Below are positions 13,770-26,438 of a stretch of DNA of 64,000 nucleotides, piece by piece. Every line of letters starts with the position of its first letter. Within the stretch, counting starts at the first letter, position 1. Both the position numbers and the translations under genes were made by a program. Where the stretch lies: contig OZ176054.1 in NCBI GenBank assembly GCA_964247055.1, forward strand, positions 3,844,001-3,908,000. Reading direction: 5' to 3'. Source of the DNA: Paragordius varius (taxonomy: Eukaryota > Animalia > Nematomorpha). The notes under the pieces are model-generated. The model was not told where the DNA came from. It was given only the letters and a program-made list of their open reading frames with translations, and searched no databases.

Positions 13770-14328
13770 TCATTTGAAAATAATTAAAATTACTAATATT
13801 AATAATATAAAAAATACCATGGCTTAAATGAAACGACTCAATATCCCTGGTAAATTTATTAAGCGACAATTCAGATTGTGCGATTTCGATATCGTTTTTA
13901 ATTTGATTGATTAATTGATCTAAAATATTTATGATATCTAAACCTAAAGTGGAAAAATTTTTCTCGGGGCGTATATAACCAATCAATGATACTTTTAGCA
14001 AAGATCCATAAAAATCTTGTCCGTAATATCTTAAAACATGTACTTCCTACAATATACGTAAAATTTACAAATGACTGTCTAGCATTCTGAAAATACGGAC
14101 AGTAACCAAAGTTAGCCACCATTTCGTATATAGAGGTGTCCGAATTTATTGTAACATAGCCATAATAAATTCCGTTCGGTAAAGAGGTTTTGATGTTTAA
14201 AATATCATCCTCACTAAAATTAGCTAACTATATTCAGTAAAAAAAACCTGTGGGAAAACCCAAAGTTTTGCTACCTCTTCCAAACCCCTTTACAACACGT
14301 CCTTTCAAAAAAATTGGATATTTTAAAT
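13770..14328 (-). CDS. RFK: Riboflavin kinase (start codon and exact stop uncertain)
   Basis: Splicing 22-24-nt introns gives [27 protein letters not shown]...GIYYGY...MVANFGYCPYF...EVHVL...DFYG...GYIRPEKNFSTLDQLINQIKNDI. This contains the GFGRGS, PTAN, DFYG and RPEKNF motifs of RFK. Confidence 0.93.
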
Positions 14329-14391
14329 CTATTTTGCAGATGTTTATGCTTTATTGTTCGGATTAGTTTAACATCCTGCTGTTTTACTGAT

Positions 14392-16071
14392 ATGAGTTTT
14401 CACGGCAATGTTTTGGTGATAGATGGAAAAGGCCATTTATTAGGACGATTAGCTGCAATTGCCGCTAAACATGCTCTTCAGGGTTTATTAATTTATTTTA
14501 TATTCAGGTCAAAAAATTGTTGTAGTTAGATGTGAAAAGATAAATATTTCCGGCAAGTTCATACGAAACAAGCGTACCATTTTTTTATATATAATATTTA
14601 GTTAAATATTTGGCTTTTTTGCGAAAACGTTGTAACGTTAACCCAGCTCGTGGTCCATTTCATTTGAGAGCTCCCAGTAAAATCCTACTGAGAACGATCA
14701 GAGGTAATTTCAATAATTTTACTAACTTTAATTTTTAAAATAATAAACTCTTATGTTACTCAGGTATGTTGCCGCATAAGACTCACAGAGGCTCAAATGC
14801 CCTTAAAAGTATTAAAGCTTTTGAAGGAATACCACCTCCATATAACAAAATGAAAAGACGCATAGTACCTTCGGCCCTCCGTATAATAAAACTGTTACCA
14901 GGCAGGAAAGTAATATAAATGGATTTGGTAGAGATTATATGATGACTCAACCTACATTATATGAATTAATTGATTAAAAATAAAATCTGACACTTAATTA
15001 ATTTTTTTATTTGTTTTATTTGCGATTCTTATATTTTACATTTAGTATTGCGAACTTAGCAGACTCTCACATGAGGTCGGTTGGAAATACCAAAATGTAA
15101 TTGAAACATTGGAGGCTCGTCGAATGTCAAAAGGGAAGCGTCATTTAATCCAAAAGAAACATGAAAAGGTAAGATTTTATACAAATTTTTTAAATCCTTA
15201 AATTTATAGTTTAAGATTTTATAACCGCTAAAAATGTTCTAAAAATATAATGATATGTTAATATAACGCTAAAATTTAGGTAACTACTAATCCAATTTTA
15301 TACCAAAGTGAGTGGTACAAATTTAAATTTATTCTTCTATCTTAAACTATCTAAAAAAATTTCAAGTCATTTTTTTAATGATATTGCCTATATTCTTTTT
15401 TTACCAGAATTATGGTTAATGTACAATAAGAACCAATATTTTTTAAGCTATATGTTTCTGAATGCTGTTTGGCTTAATGTTAAAATAATAAACGGTCATT
15501 ATTGGTGATATATAGGTTCGTGCATCTTTATATAAGAGAAAACTTTACCATATTTAAAATATTTGATTTGTATCGAAGAACATAATTTAGTATTATATAA
15601 AATTTTAGCGATTATAAAAATATCAAACTTTTTTGGCATATATTTGCCTTCTTCATGTTTATAATTTTAAAATAGGTTATAAATTTTTATTGTTAAAGTT
15701 AAGAGGCCTGTACGCTTATTAGTTTAAAATGTGGTTTTTAAAAGAAGGATCTATATTTTGGTAACCTCGCCGAGTAAAATTTTGTAAATTTATTTTACAC
15801 CCCATATTTTAAAAGTATAAACTCTTTTTTGTAATTTTTATCATTCATAAAAGGCACTATAGTGCATATTATTCTAATGCGTTTAATACTTTGTTTTACA
15901 TAATTATTTTATGTTAATTTTATGTCAATCCTTATTAATAGCGTTTATTCGCACAATTATTTATACCATTATATTTAATATTTTTAGAAAGTACTGAATA
16001 AAGCAAGAGAAAATGTACAAGAAAAAATTAAAGCTTATCAAGATATCATTGAATCTTATGGGGGACACTGA
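14392..16071 (+). CDS. RPL13A: 60S ribosomal protein L13a (uL13)
   Basis: Exons 14392-14482, 14508-14573, 14602-14703, 14764-14909, 15046-15168 and 15988-16071 give [22 protein letters not shown]...KYLAFLRKR...GMLPHKT...EGIPPPY...SHEVGWKYQ. Confidence 0.98.
14939..14990 (+). ncRNA. SNORD34: Box C/D snoRNA, U34/SNORD34 (yeast snR62)-like, intronic in RPL13A
   Basis: C box ATGATGA at 14939-14945; guide ACCTACATTAT followed by D'-like ATGA at 14961-14964; D box CTGA at 14987-14990. The guide is complementary to the conserved LSU rRNA segment AUAAUGUAGGU. Vertebrate U34 is also RPL13A-hosted (recalled, not searched). Confidence 0.75.
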
Positions 16072-16506
16072 TTATTAAATCACTTTACAAATATAATATT
16101 AATAATAAATAATCAAATTTATTTTATTACTATTTTTACAATTATTTTTTTGGCTTCGAAATTAATCCACGACCAGGTTTATATAATTGGATGGGTTGAC
16201 GTTCCTTTAAATTATATATTAGGTAAATAAAATACTTTTCTTCCGATTTGGGTTGGTTTTGCAGAATTTTCTGAATTTGTATCTAATAAATAATTTAATG
16301 TTACAAACATCACAAAAAGTAGGACTCCGGATTAGAGTTTTCATACCATAAAGTAATTCATATTCATAATATTTATATTTCATGGTAATTTGAAGCGATT
16401 TTTTACATAACATATGCCCTTGTGTACAACTAATATCTTTACAGATCATGCTCCAGCCAACACCGCGGGAAGGTAGTAATAAAATTTTAACAAAAATTAA
16501 TTAAAC

Positions 16507-19500
16507 CTTTTTCCTTTGGGTTTACGTTTTCATTGGTTACATGTGTTTTTTCGCTTGAATTTTCTTCAGTGACCACTGGTTTTCTTTGGATTATGATTGA
16601 ATTTCCCGATATTTCAAATTTTGGCTTTTCAGTTTTGGGTGAAACAGTTTCATCCACCTTATATAGGAATAATTGTGATAAAACATCTACATTGAACCCG
16701 CTTTAAAATAACCCCCCCTCTCTTAGCTTTAATACGCAGCGCCTATAAACTTATTTTATTTGATCATCATGCAGCACCCGATTTCGATATAAAATCCAAA
16801 TATAATAAAAAACATAATTTCTAATCATTTTTTATTAATTTTAAATATATAATATAATATATATTAAAAAATTAATATAAACTAAATTTAATCGATAAAT
16901 CTACTCATATAAATTATTTAAAAATGAGTTATCATGCTGATAATAACACATAATAATCACACAATCGGGGGCATTATGGCGGGAGACCTAATTGGTATTC
17001 TATATGTTAGACCATATACTTAAAATTGCGGCCGGTACTTACAAATGTTTAACTATTAAAATTTATTAATTCAGAACAACCATTTCCAAAATAAATATAT
17101 CTAGATAAAAACGAGATAACTCATGTAAAAGCATTAATGGCGATTAAGCTTTCATTTTTCATATCTGATGAGTTTTGCTGTAAAATTTAAATCGTTTTAT
17201 ATATACATTAAATATAGTGATAACAATAGTTGTGAAAAATTTAAGGGCGCATACATATTTTTTAAATGGTGTCAGTTTTTTGATTAAGTGGTCAAAAACC
17301 TCATTCATCATGATTAGTAAATTTTCTTCCAATCTTAGAGGGTATCATATGCACAAATAAAATTTAAAAACTAACTTTAACTTGTGTAAGAGTGAATGAT
17401 TTTTCCGGCTTCAAAATATTAATTGACTTGTCTTTACTCAAAATTATGGGCGTTTTAATTGTTTGTGAACTGTCATTGGGACTCTTTTTACTTGAAGAAA
17501 GTTTATTTTTATCTGGTGAATTTTCTTTGAATGAAGTACGTTCTTTGCGGTCAACACTGTTAAAAGAAATTTTTCCGTTTTCTTCTATGATAACTAATGA
17601 CAAAAAATAATTTATATAAAATACGAGTTTAACCAATCACAGAGTGATGTTTAATTACTAAATAAATTTTTGAATTGAAATGTAAGGTAATAATTTTCAA
17701 TTTGTTTAATTAATTGAATATCGTAATACCGAGTGCCCACCTAAATTGCCGAGTTTTATAAAAAAAAGATTTTCAAAACACTCATATTAAGTTATACTAA
17801 GTGCATACAAACATATTACTCTGCTAAATTATTGTTATATAATTTAGATTTTAATTACAAAATTTTAGTTTAGTTTAGGTTTAGTTAATTATATTACGAA
17901 ATTATATTAAAATTAATTAGGCTTATTGCAATTTTATGCATATAATATAATTTCTAAAAAAAGTTTCTGTTTACGATTTATTGATCAAAGTCGAGCGTAT
18001 GTTCTTTTGCTTTATTATTTTCTGAAAAGTAAATAAACTGTTACAAACATTATAACTTCATGTATTTTGAAAAAGTGTAATAAACACTTTAAAATACGAT
18101 TATAAAAAATTATAATATTGAATATCTGAAAAATGTATGTATTTTTATTAATATCTTACCAATGAGCGTATAATTAGCCAATGGTTAAATAAATAAATTA
18201 TATTTCTAATGCTTTATCGTAAACAACTACCATTCTTAAGTTAATATACTATATTTAAAAAAAAACCCAATTTTATATCTTCACCCAAAAATATGGAGTT
18301 GTGTAAATGTTAAAATTAATATGTGCGTTACGAAATCGGTATTAATGTTATTGCTAATTAATTTATAATTAATTTTCAACTTTAATTGTCAAATCATGCG
18401 CTTGCCTTTAAAAAACAACAAACCTTTTTTGTTAGTCTCTGAGTCTCCTCCAACAATAACAACTCTACGAGGAACAGATGATGGATTCGTTCTTTTTTCC
18501 GTTGACAGTTTTTCTTCTCTTAGTTTCTATAAAAAAATTTTAAATATCATAAATTTAAAAAATCTGGTAATTTATCTTCAAAATCGTGATCGGTGCGATG
18601 TAAAAATAAAAGGACCGCGTAATATATTAGACCCTTTTTAATGGTAAAAATAATCAAATTAGCATAGCATTTGTAGGTAATTTTGACAAATGGGTATAGA
18701 CCATGTAAGTGAAGCAAGATATTTATAAATAGTATTCTTTTTTTAAAAAAGTATTTTCTTAAACATTTTACGTTTTGTTCGTAAAATTTCCTTTCAACCA
18801 TAATAACGTTATTGTTATTATTTTAAAATTTTATAGCGATGTGATATGTTTAATCGTATTTTCCTATTTATTTATGTTATTTTTTATTTCTGTTGATGTC
18901 AGCTATTTTGGAATGAGTACAAAAAGTCCAGTCTCGACACGAAAAATTTTCTACGCTCTCAAAAACGCACAATAAAATCGATGATCTCCTATTATATTTA
19001 TAAGAAATTAGTTGTTGTTTTATGCTTTGGCGGGTCAAATAGCCGAATATTTAATTTTCTTTAAAAGCAAATTACCTAAAATCGTTTAATTTTTGTTGAT
19101 CAAATAAAGGGTATATTATTTTGGATCAATGGGAGTGGTACTCATTGAAAAATTGTTTAAGTCAAATAAAATATAATCATTGTGTCATAAGCCATGTACC
19201 ACATAATGCCGATAAATATTGCATAGATTTGAGATATATGCAGATTATACTTTAAAAAATTAAATCAATAATTCAAGGTCATAAAAAGCCCTTTTAGGAC
19301 CGCGGTTTGAGTAATAAAGGATGTAGAAAACCTCTTTACCAGTGTCCAACATAAAGGGGTAATCCTTGTTGAAAAAAAATTTACAAACGTATATTCCAAA
19401 TATTTTTTATAAAACTATGAATCATTTGACATATAAATATGAACATACTTTAACAGCATCACGCTTTTCAACTTTTTGTTGGGAAATATATTCGAGCAAA

Positions 19501-21105
19501 GGGGTGGTTTTTTCAATGTATCCCTCTAAATAGGTAGGAGTATGATAAATAAGATATTTTATTTAAATAAAATTTAAAGTCAAATATAAACCCATGAAAG
19601 CATAATTTTATATCTTAAATTTATTTATCTAACTTAGTCCGATGTTATATAAATTTATTTTAAGCAAGATATATTTCATATATATCTGATTAATTCAAAA
19701 AATTAAATTTATTTGGAAAAACTTACATTATTGATTTTATCAGATTATCACACAAATGTATGAATTCAAAATAATACAATTGCTAATTATAAAAAAATAT
19801 TTATGTTATAATGCACCCATCTGTGAGGATCCTAAATGTTGGAAAATGGTTCCAATTTTTCCAATACATTCCATATTTGAAACAAGTATTTTATGTAAGT
19901 GTCATCTGTTCTAAACCAAACATATTTTTCTCCAATTCTTTAACAAACGATATAAAATTTATAAACTCTTTGGTTTATATCTTAGTTTATGAAAGATAAT
20001 AATTATACCAATACGTAATTTTTCGCAAAAATTAATTTTCGCAAGGCATGATACAAAAATTGAATGCTTAAATTAAAGATGACAAAACTGATTGAATTCC
20101 GTAATTATATTATAGGAATAGTTGTGCCAAACAATATCGTACTTTTGCTTTTAAAAATCAATAAATATATAATACAAAATTAAAACAAACTTTTCATTTC
20201 AAGCTCCTTTTGTTCTATTTCCTCAATCCATTTGTCAAAAGGCACATGGTCTTTTGTTTTTAGTGATGGTTCTGATTCCAAACCTGACAAAAAGGATTTG
20301 TAATCCTCATCTGGATAAAATAAAAACTGCCATTATTATGTACAAATATCTTGCGTATTATAAAATATTTGTTAGCATGATTTTGTAACAAAACACACAA
20401 TCTATAAGAAACATTTAGTATTAAGATGTCCAACACACTTTGTGCGGTACGCAAAAATGCTCTATAAAATGTTTAAATAAACAAAAAACTACATTTAAAT
20501 CAAAATACGATATAGAGGATATATTATTCAAAATTGGGATCAAAATAAATAAAAAACCAAAAACTATCAAATTAACTCGCAAAGATATTTGTGTTGAAAC
20601 TATTGTTCTAATATAATAGTATATTTAACATATATATTAATGTAATGATATGTATTGATTAACTTTGCTTATTAACGCGCATATACCAAATATTTATTAA
20701 AAAAACCTTCAAATATGGTTCCCATTTTTAAATCGGTTTTTTTCAATTTCGGAATTTTTTGGAATAGGGCGAATTCGATTGACAATGCATAATCATCTAC
20801 ATTTAAAATAGGAATTACTCTCTTTATCTTTTAAAATCAATCCATCATATTTTCTAAACATCCAAAATGACTTTTCTTCCATAAAATTTAAATAGAGTCT
20901 CGTAAGTGTCGATCCATCAAAACTACAATTTATAAAGTAAAAACCTTTTATATTTAACAAAACGTTTGTAATTATGAGCAGGTATATCCAAATGCAAATG
21001 AACGTTTTTGTCATTTATATATGGAGGCAAATTATTTACAATAACCTATATTTTAGTTAAATTAACTTTAAATCCAAACTTCGGCTTTTCTTTTTCGATC
21101 GTCAT
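16507..21105 (-). CDS. UPF3: Regulator of nonsense transcripts 3 (UPF3/Smg4); final exon and stop uncertain (about 16490 or 16219)
   Basis: Exons 21105-21067, 21045-20945, 20922-20819, 20796-20707, 20310-20191, 19525-19449, 18526-18424, 17593-17382 and 16657-16507 are phase-consistent. Motifs: KVIVNNLPP, TRLYLNF, FRKYDGLILKD, SIEFALFQK, KMGTIFEDEDYKSFL, KTTPLLEYI. Confidence 0.9.
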
Positions 21106-21789
21106 GTGGTTTATTGGGCTGATGAATCAACAGGTCATAATATCGGCTGTTTCATAAGTCAAAATAGATGATATGGGATAATTACCGGTATTGTAATTAC
21201 AAAATTGCGCTTGCACATCAGAATTGTCACCTTAAACGGTCTAAACGATATCAACAAAAAATAAGTTAATTATTTTAAGCATTTCTCTTTTGCAATATTA
21301 AAATATTATTAAAAAATCGACGTCCCATATAATATTGACGCTCAATTAAGGGCCCCTGAATTTAAACGGATCCGAATATGTGACTTGATATTAAACCTAT
21401 GCTTCAGCCAAAAAATGCGTGTCTGAATCTCTTTGATTTGAAACCACTACCACAAAGTGCAAACCTTGTTTAAAAAATGACCTGTAAGCCCCAAAAAGAT
21501 TAATAAAAACTTTGATTTTTTTTATCATCAGAATATTATTTCATCCGGATTTATAGCCCTTGATTAATAAACGGTGTACAAACAAATATGTAATAATATT
21601 ATAAAGTTTTCCTATATTGTTTGAGGGTAGTCTATGGTATTATAATTTTTCAAGTGTACATCTTTGTAAAAATGAATAAATGTCTACCAAATGCACCATG
21701 AAAATTTTGATATTATCTATCACAAAATACATAAATATTTTGTCCACTTATAAAAATAATTGGTTGGTGATGCGCCATACTTTTCTTAA

Positions 21790-22354
21790 CACTTCGATTT
21801 AAATTGGGGCATCTAAATACCCCAGACTAAATTTTAATTAATTTAAAAAAACTACTGAAGGAAACGGTCCCAATTTAAATTTATGCTTCTATCTTAATGA
21901 TAATTATATAAATATGCCCAATTAGCTTAAAAAAATTTTGTTTTGAAAAAAATTCCATCTCAAGCTACTTAGACGCCATTTTTATTTTATAAAATTTTTG
22001 CAAAATATCGTCTTCATTTAATTTTAAGGGTAGAACTAAAGCTAAATTTTAATATAAATTACATTTAACATTGATAGAAATAGAAAAAGCGGTTTATATT
22101 GTATTATTTTTTAATTTTACCATTTTACACATGCCACGTTGACGAAATTTTTAGGTTTTGGCTTAAAATATTTAATATCAAATATTTTTGAAAAATGTTT
22201 TTTATATATTTAGGTTTATTAATGTTATATAAGTGGAAAATTTTGCCATGGATTTGATTCCTTCCAAACTTTTTAAAGTATTTGATTTTAAACAGGCCTG
22301 GGGTATCCAACTACCCCAATTTGAATCGAAGGACTAAAATGAGTGTGTTGTATC
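21790..22354 (-). mobile_element. piggyBac-like MITE copy B (left tip truncated)
   Basis: TTAA at 21786-21789 followed by CACTTCGATT; reverse complement of copy A, ending at ...gtgtgttgtatc without the terminal caagtgttaa. Confidence 0.85.
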
Positions 22355-22498
22355 ATGTCAATTTTTTTACCCTCATTGGATGGTCGCAGAAATATTTTAT
22401 TTTGATCAAATTTCATAAATATAAACGGTAATTTTTAATAAAAAATCAATACTTATATAGAAGAAATAGATATTTTTATCACCTGTCTTTAGTTTATC

Positions 22499-23102
22499 AT
22501 GCAAAATACTGAAGAAACATCAATCCAAGAATTTATTCCTCCTAATCAAAAAAGCATTAATGAAATAATTGAGACACATACTGACGATGAAAGTTTGATT
22601 AAATATAAGCAAAAACTTCTGGGAGAAGCCGTTAATAACTGTATAATATTAGGTATTGTCACTTAATATTTAGATGAATTGAATCCGAATACTGTTATTT
22701 TAGATAGATTAACTTTGTACGTAGACAAACAACAACAAATCTAGGGACAATCGCAAATGCCACAATAGTTTTAAAAGAAAAAACAGTCTACTCTTTTAAA
22801 ATTGATTTTTATGTCCAACGCGAAATTGTATATGGTTTAAAATACATGCAATCATTTTATAGAAAGGGTATACTGGGTATGTTTAAATATATTTTCTAGT
22901 TGACAAAAACACATATATGATAGGTTGTTATGGGCCCAAAACACAACTAAATTCATATAAAACTCCAAATGAAGAAGCACCTTCAGGATTAATTGCGCGC
23001 GGAAAATACGATGTTAAATCCGTTTTAATTGATGATGATAAAAAAGAACATTTAAAATGGAATTGGAATTTAGAAATCAAGAAAAATTGGCCCGATGAAT
23101 AA
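22499..23102 (+). CDS. ARHGDIA: Rho GDP-dissociation inhibitor; one apparent frameshift near 22740
   Basis: Exons 22499-22652, 22674-22876 and 22900-23102 (21- and 23-nt introns). Motifs: DDESLIKYKQKLLG, VLKEK, YVQREIVYGLKY, MIGCYGP, EEAPSGLIARG, WNLEIKKNW. The frame breaks at caacaacaaatctag. Confidence 0.9.
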
Positions 23103-23148
23103 ATTTACAAAGCATGAATAAACAAAATGCTAACAATAAATATATTAT

Positions 23149-23970
23149 TTATTTTATGGATTTATCAATCAGAGTTCCTTTAGGTCTATCAACTCTAACA
23201 CCAAATAAATTATCGGGGTCGTCTTCATCTGCGGTTTTGCGTTTTCGAACCGATGCAGTTAAAACTTTTTGGGGGCCGGCCAACGTTAGCGCCGATGGTT
23301 TTTTGTTTTTGAGTTGTGCTTCAATAATCATAGCGTTTGCAGTATATGAATCTTCAATTTCTTTCTATTTAGTTAAGATAATAATTTTTATAAATACCGC
23401 TTCTAATTCATCTTCATCGTCTTCCATAGTAGAAACGGTGATAGATGTAAATTTACCAACATTGTGTGTATGTTTTTTCAAAATTACCTGCAAATAAATT
23501 TAATTAGACTAACTTTATCTTCAGGAACGTGTTTTTTAACAGGATCTTGATCTTTATTACTTGTGGTTATGAGAGCTTTATTTATTATATAGATAATGTT
23601 GTTATTTTTTTCGTTATGTTTATAAAATAAGGGTAGGTTACATCTATTGTTAGGTGTTATAGTTACTTTCGACATTTCATTATGAATTGTTTTTCAATAC
23701 CCCCTTCTCGCCGAATATAAACGACATCATCATTTCCTTCATCATATATTATTTTAAATATGTTATTTTTAATGTCAATGACTCTGGCTCCATCTTTTTG
23801 CCGTAATGGCAGTTTTTGTAAAACAGAATCTAATAGTATAATTTCATACCAACTATTAACGCTAATTTTCCACAAATACAATAGTACACATTTAATGGTT
23901 TTTCATTGTTATATTCCTCTTTGTTTTTTATATCAGTAACTACTATGCTTCTTGAAACAACTCGAGGCAT
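23149..23970 (-). CDS. STEEP1: STING ER exit protein 1 (CXorf56/UPF0428)
   Basis: Five exons with introns at 23830-23849 (20 nt), 23644-23666, 23488-23513 and 23365-23397 give [10 protein letters not shown]...[11 protein letters not shown]...[13 protein letters not shown]...[10 protein letters not shown]...[10 protein letters not shown]...KGTLID. Confidence 0.95.
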
Positions 23971-24080
23971 AGCAAAAGAAGTGAATCATATGAGTTGTTA
24001 AATTTTTTTGCTAGAGAAAAAACAAGCAAAGTGTAGGTTAATAAAAACAAGAAAATTATTTTACAAGTTACACCTATTAA

Positions 24081-24649
24081 CACTTTGATTCAAATTGGGT
24101 ATCTAAATACCCAAGACTAAATTAAAAATTAAAAAAAACTGCTGAAGGAAACGGTCCCAATTTAAATTTATGCTTCTATCCTGATAAATATTATATAAAT
24201 ATCCAAAATATTTTGATAAAATTTTGTTTTGAAAAAAAAGTTTCATCTCAAACTACTTCGACGCCATTTTTATTTTACAAAAATTTTGCAAAATATCGTC
24301 TTCATTTAATTTTAAGGGTAAAACTAAAGCTTATTTTTTATATAAACTATATCTAACATTGATAGAATGGAAAAAGCAGTTTATTTTGTATTATTTTTTA
24401 ATTTTATTGACACATGTCACGTTGACTAAATTTTAACCTTTCAGTTTTAGCTCAAAATAAGTAATATCAAGTATTTTTGAATAAATTTTTTTAAATATTT
24501 CGATTTATTAATGTTATATGAGTGCAAAATTTTGCCATGGTTTTGATTGCTTTCATACTTTTTAGAATATTTGATCTTAAACAGGCCTGGGGTATCCCAC
24601 TACCCCAGTTTGAATCGAAGGACTAAAATGAGTGTGTTGTATCCAAGTT
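24081..24649 (-). mobile_element. piggyBac-like MITE copy C (full length)
   Basis: TTAA at 24077-24080 and 24650-24653; same internal sequence as copies A and B. Confidence 0.85.
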
Positions 24650-24993
24650 TTAAATGTAATGAAACAATAAAAGCGTTGGCATTGTGAGATTAAGCTGGGA
24701 AAAAAGCTTAATTTTGTAAAAATAAGGTTTTTAACAAATTTAAGATTTTTTTGTTTTTATCACATTAATTTGTATAAAACTTTTAACTTGTAAACACCAC
24801 CAAAAGGAGGGGGTGATTTATTTAATTAATATGAAAACATAACCTGCTTATATGTATAATTTACTGAGAAAATGTATCATATCAGGGGCTTTTTAGTTCC
24901 TTACTAATGATTTAAGAAGGTTATTTACACTTATGTGCTAAGTGTTTAATGTCAAAAAATTTTTAAATAAATTTTTTGGCAAATAGAAACTTC

Positions 24994-26438
24994 GGGTCGG
25001 GTGATAAAAAAATTTTTTCACTTGACTTGCAAGTTTTTCAAGTCATGGCTTGCTTTCATGTGATAAAAAAATTTAACATTACACGACTTAAGTCAAGCAA
25101 GAAATCTTGATAAGGAGGTGATAAAAAATCATATGTTCAAGTAAAACTTAAAGATTTTGCAAGTGTGGTGTAGGGCACACTTGACAGATTTAAAAATATG
25201 GATAAAATTATTTTGGAAACTTTTTATATACAAAATTTAGGTTTTATATGTAATTCAAACCTTTATTAATGCTATAAAAGAAGTATGGAAGGAATCGAAA
25301 CCATGACAAAATTTTGCACTATTATAACATTAATAAACCGAAATATATAAAAAAATTAATTAAAAAATACTTGATATTACTTATTTTAAGCTAATACCGA
25401 AAGGTAAAAATTTCGTCAACGTGACATGTGTCAAATTGTAAAATTAAAAAATAATTAAAATAACCGCTTTTTCTATTTCTATCAATGTTAAATGTAATTT
25501 ATTTAAAAAATTAGCTTTAGTTTTACCCTTAAAATTAAATGAAGACGATATTTTGTAAAAATTTTGTAAAATAAAAATGGCGTCGAAGTAGTTTGAGATG
25601 GAACTTTTTTTTCAAAACAAAATTTTATCAAGCTATTTTGGCATATATTTATAATTTTTATCAGGATAGAAGCATAAATTTAAATTGGGACCGTTTTCTT
25701 CAATACTTTTTAAAAAATATTAATTTAAATTTTGTCTGGGGTATTTAGATACCCCAATTTGAATCGAAGTGTTAAATAACATGGCACATAAAAATATGCT
25801 AAATATATCAATTCCGTGACCGCAAAAAATTATATTCTCGAAAATTTCTTAATATTAATAATTAAATATTAATCTTGTAAAATTTTGATTCTTCGTTTAT
25901 TAAAAGCAAAACTTAACTTTTATCTAATGTAAAGAATTTATTTCATCATAAATTTATTTCGAATGTAATGTTTATAATCAATTAAAAATAATTATGTTAT
26001 ATTGTATAAACATCTTCCCATTATATTTGCAACTGGACTCCAAACAAAATAAGTAGTGTGGTAAAATAATGGAAAGTGTTTTAAGGGCGAATGGTTTCAT
26101 CATTCTAAAAATTATTACCAGGCTCACAATTTAGAAAACTCTATAATATTATATAAGATACGTGCCAATAAGTTTAAAAAACTTCAATAAATGCATATTG
26201 TATTTATTGTTTATCTTTTTGTGCTTTATTTCATAAATTTTAGCTGAAAATGATCAAAAAAATTTCCATAAAATTCGAATTGGGGGTCAAAAAACTGTTA
26301 CACTCATAAGCAAAAGATCTGACTTAAGTGTTTTTTTTATCACCGATCTTCAAGTGTACACTTGCTGGCTTAAGTAATCTTGCTCAACTTGCCACGCTTG
26401 GCTTACAAGTCAAGTGCGACTTTTTTATCACTCCACCC
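24994..26438. mobile_element. TIR element with 3-bp TSD (TTC), PIF/Harbinger-like, inserted in the foldback arm
   Basis: Left end GGGTCGGGTGATAAAAAA...CACTTGACTTGCAAG; right end (reverse complement) GGGTGGAGTGATAAAAAA...CACTTGACTTGTAAG. TTC occurs at 24991-24993 and 26439-26441, whereas the mirror arm has a single copy. The superfamily call is inferred. Confidence 0.65.
25280..25771 (+). mobile_element. piggyBac-like MITE copy D (5'-truncated), nested in the Harbinger-like element
   Basis: Matches copy A from aagtatggaaggaatcgaaacc to ...GAATCGAAGTG, followed by TTAA at 25772-25775. Confidence 0.85.

Noticed and set aside
16219-16449. Cys-containing 76-aa minus-strand ORF as a separate zinc-finger gene
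   Set aside because: No coherent zinc-finger spacing or homology. It may be the UPF3 terminal exon or non-coding.
17164-17195. CTGATGAG as a second hammerhead
   Set aside because: No GAAA follows the putative stem II and there is no stem III.
17392-18641. Plus-strand ORFs 17392-17610 and 18396-18641
   Set aside because: They are antisense shadows of UPF3 exons.
23114-23497. 127-aa plus-strand ORF
   Set aside because: It is the antisense shadow of STEEP1 exons.
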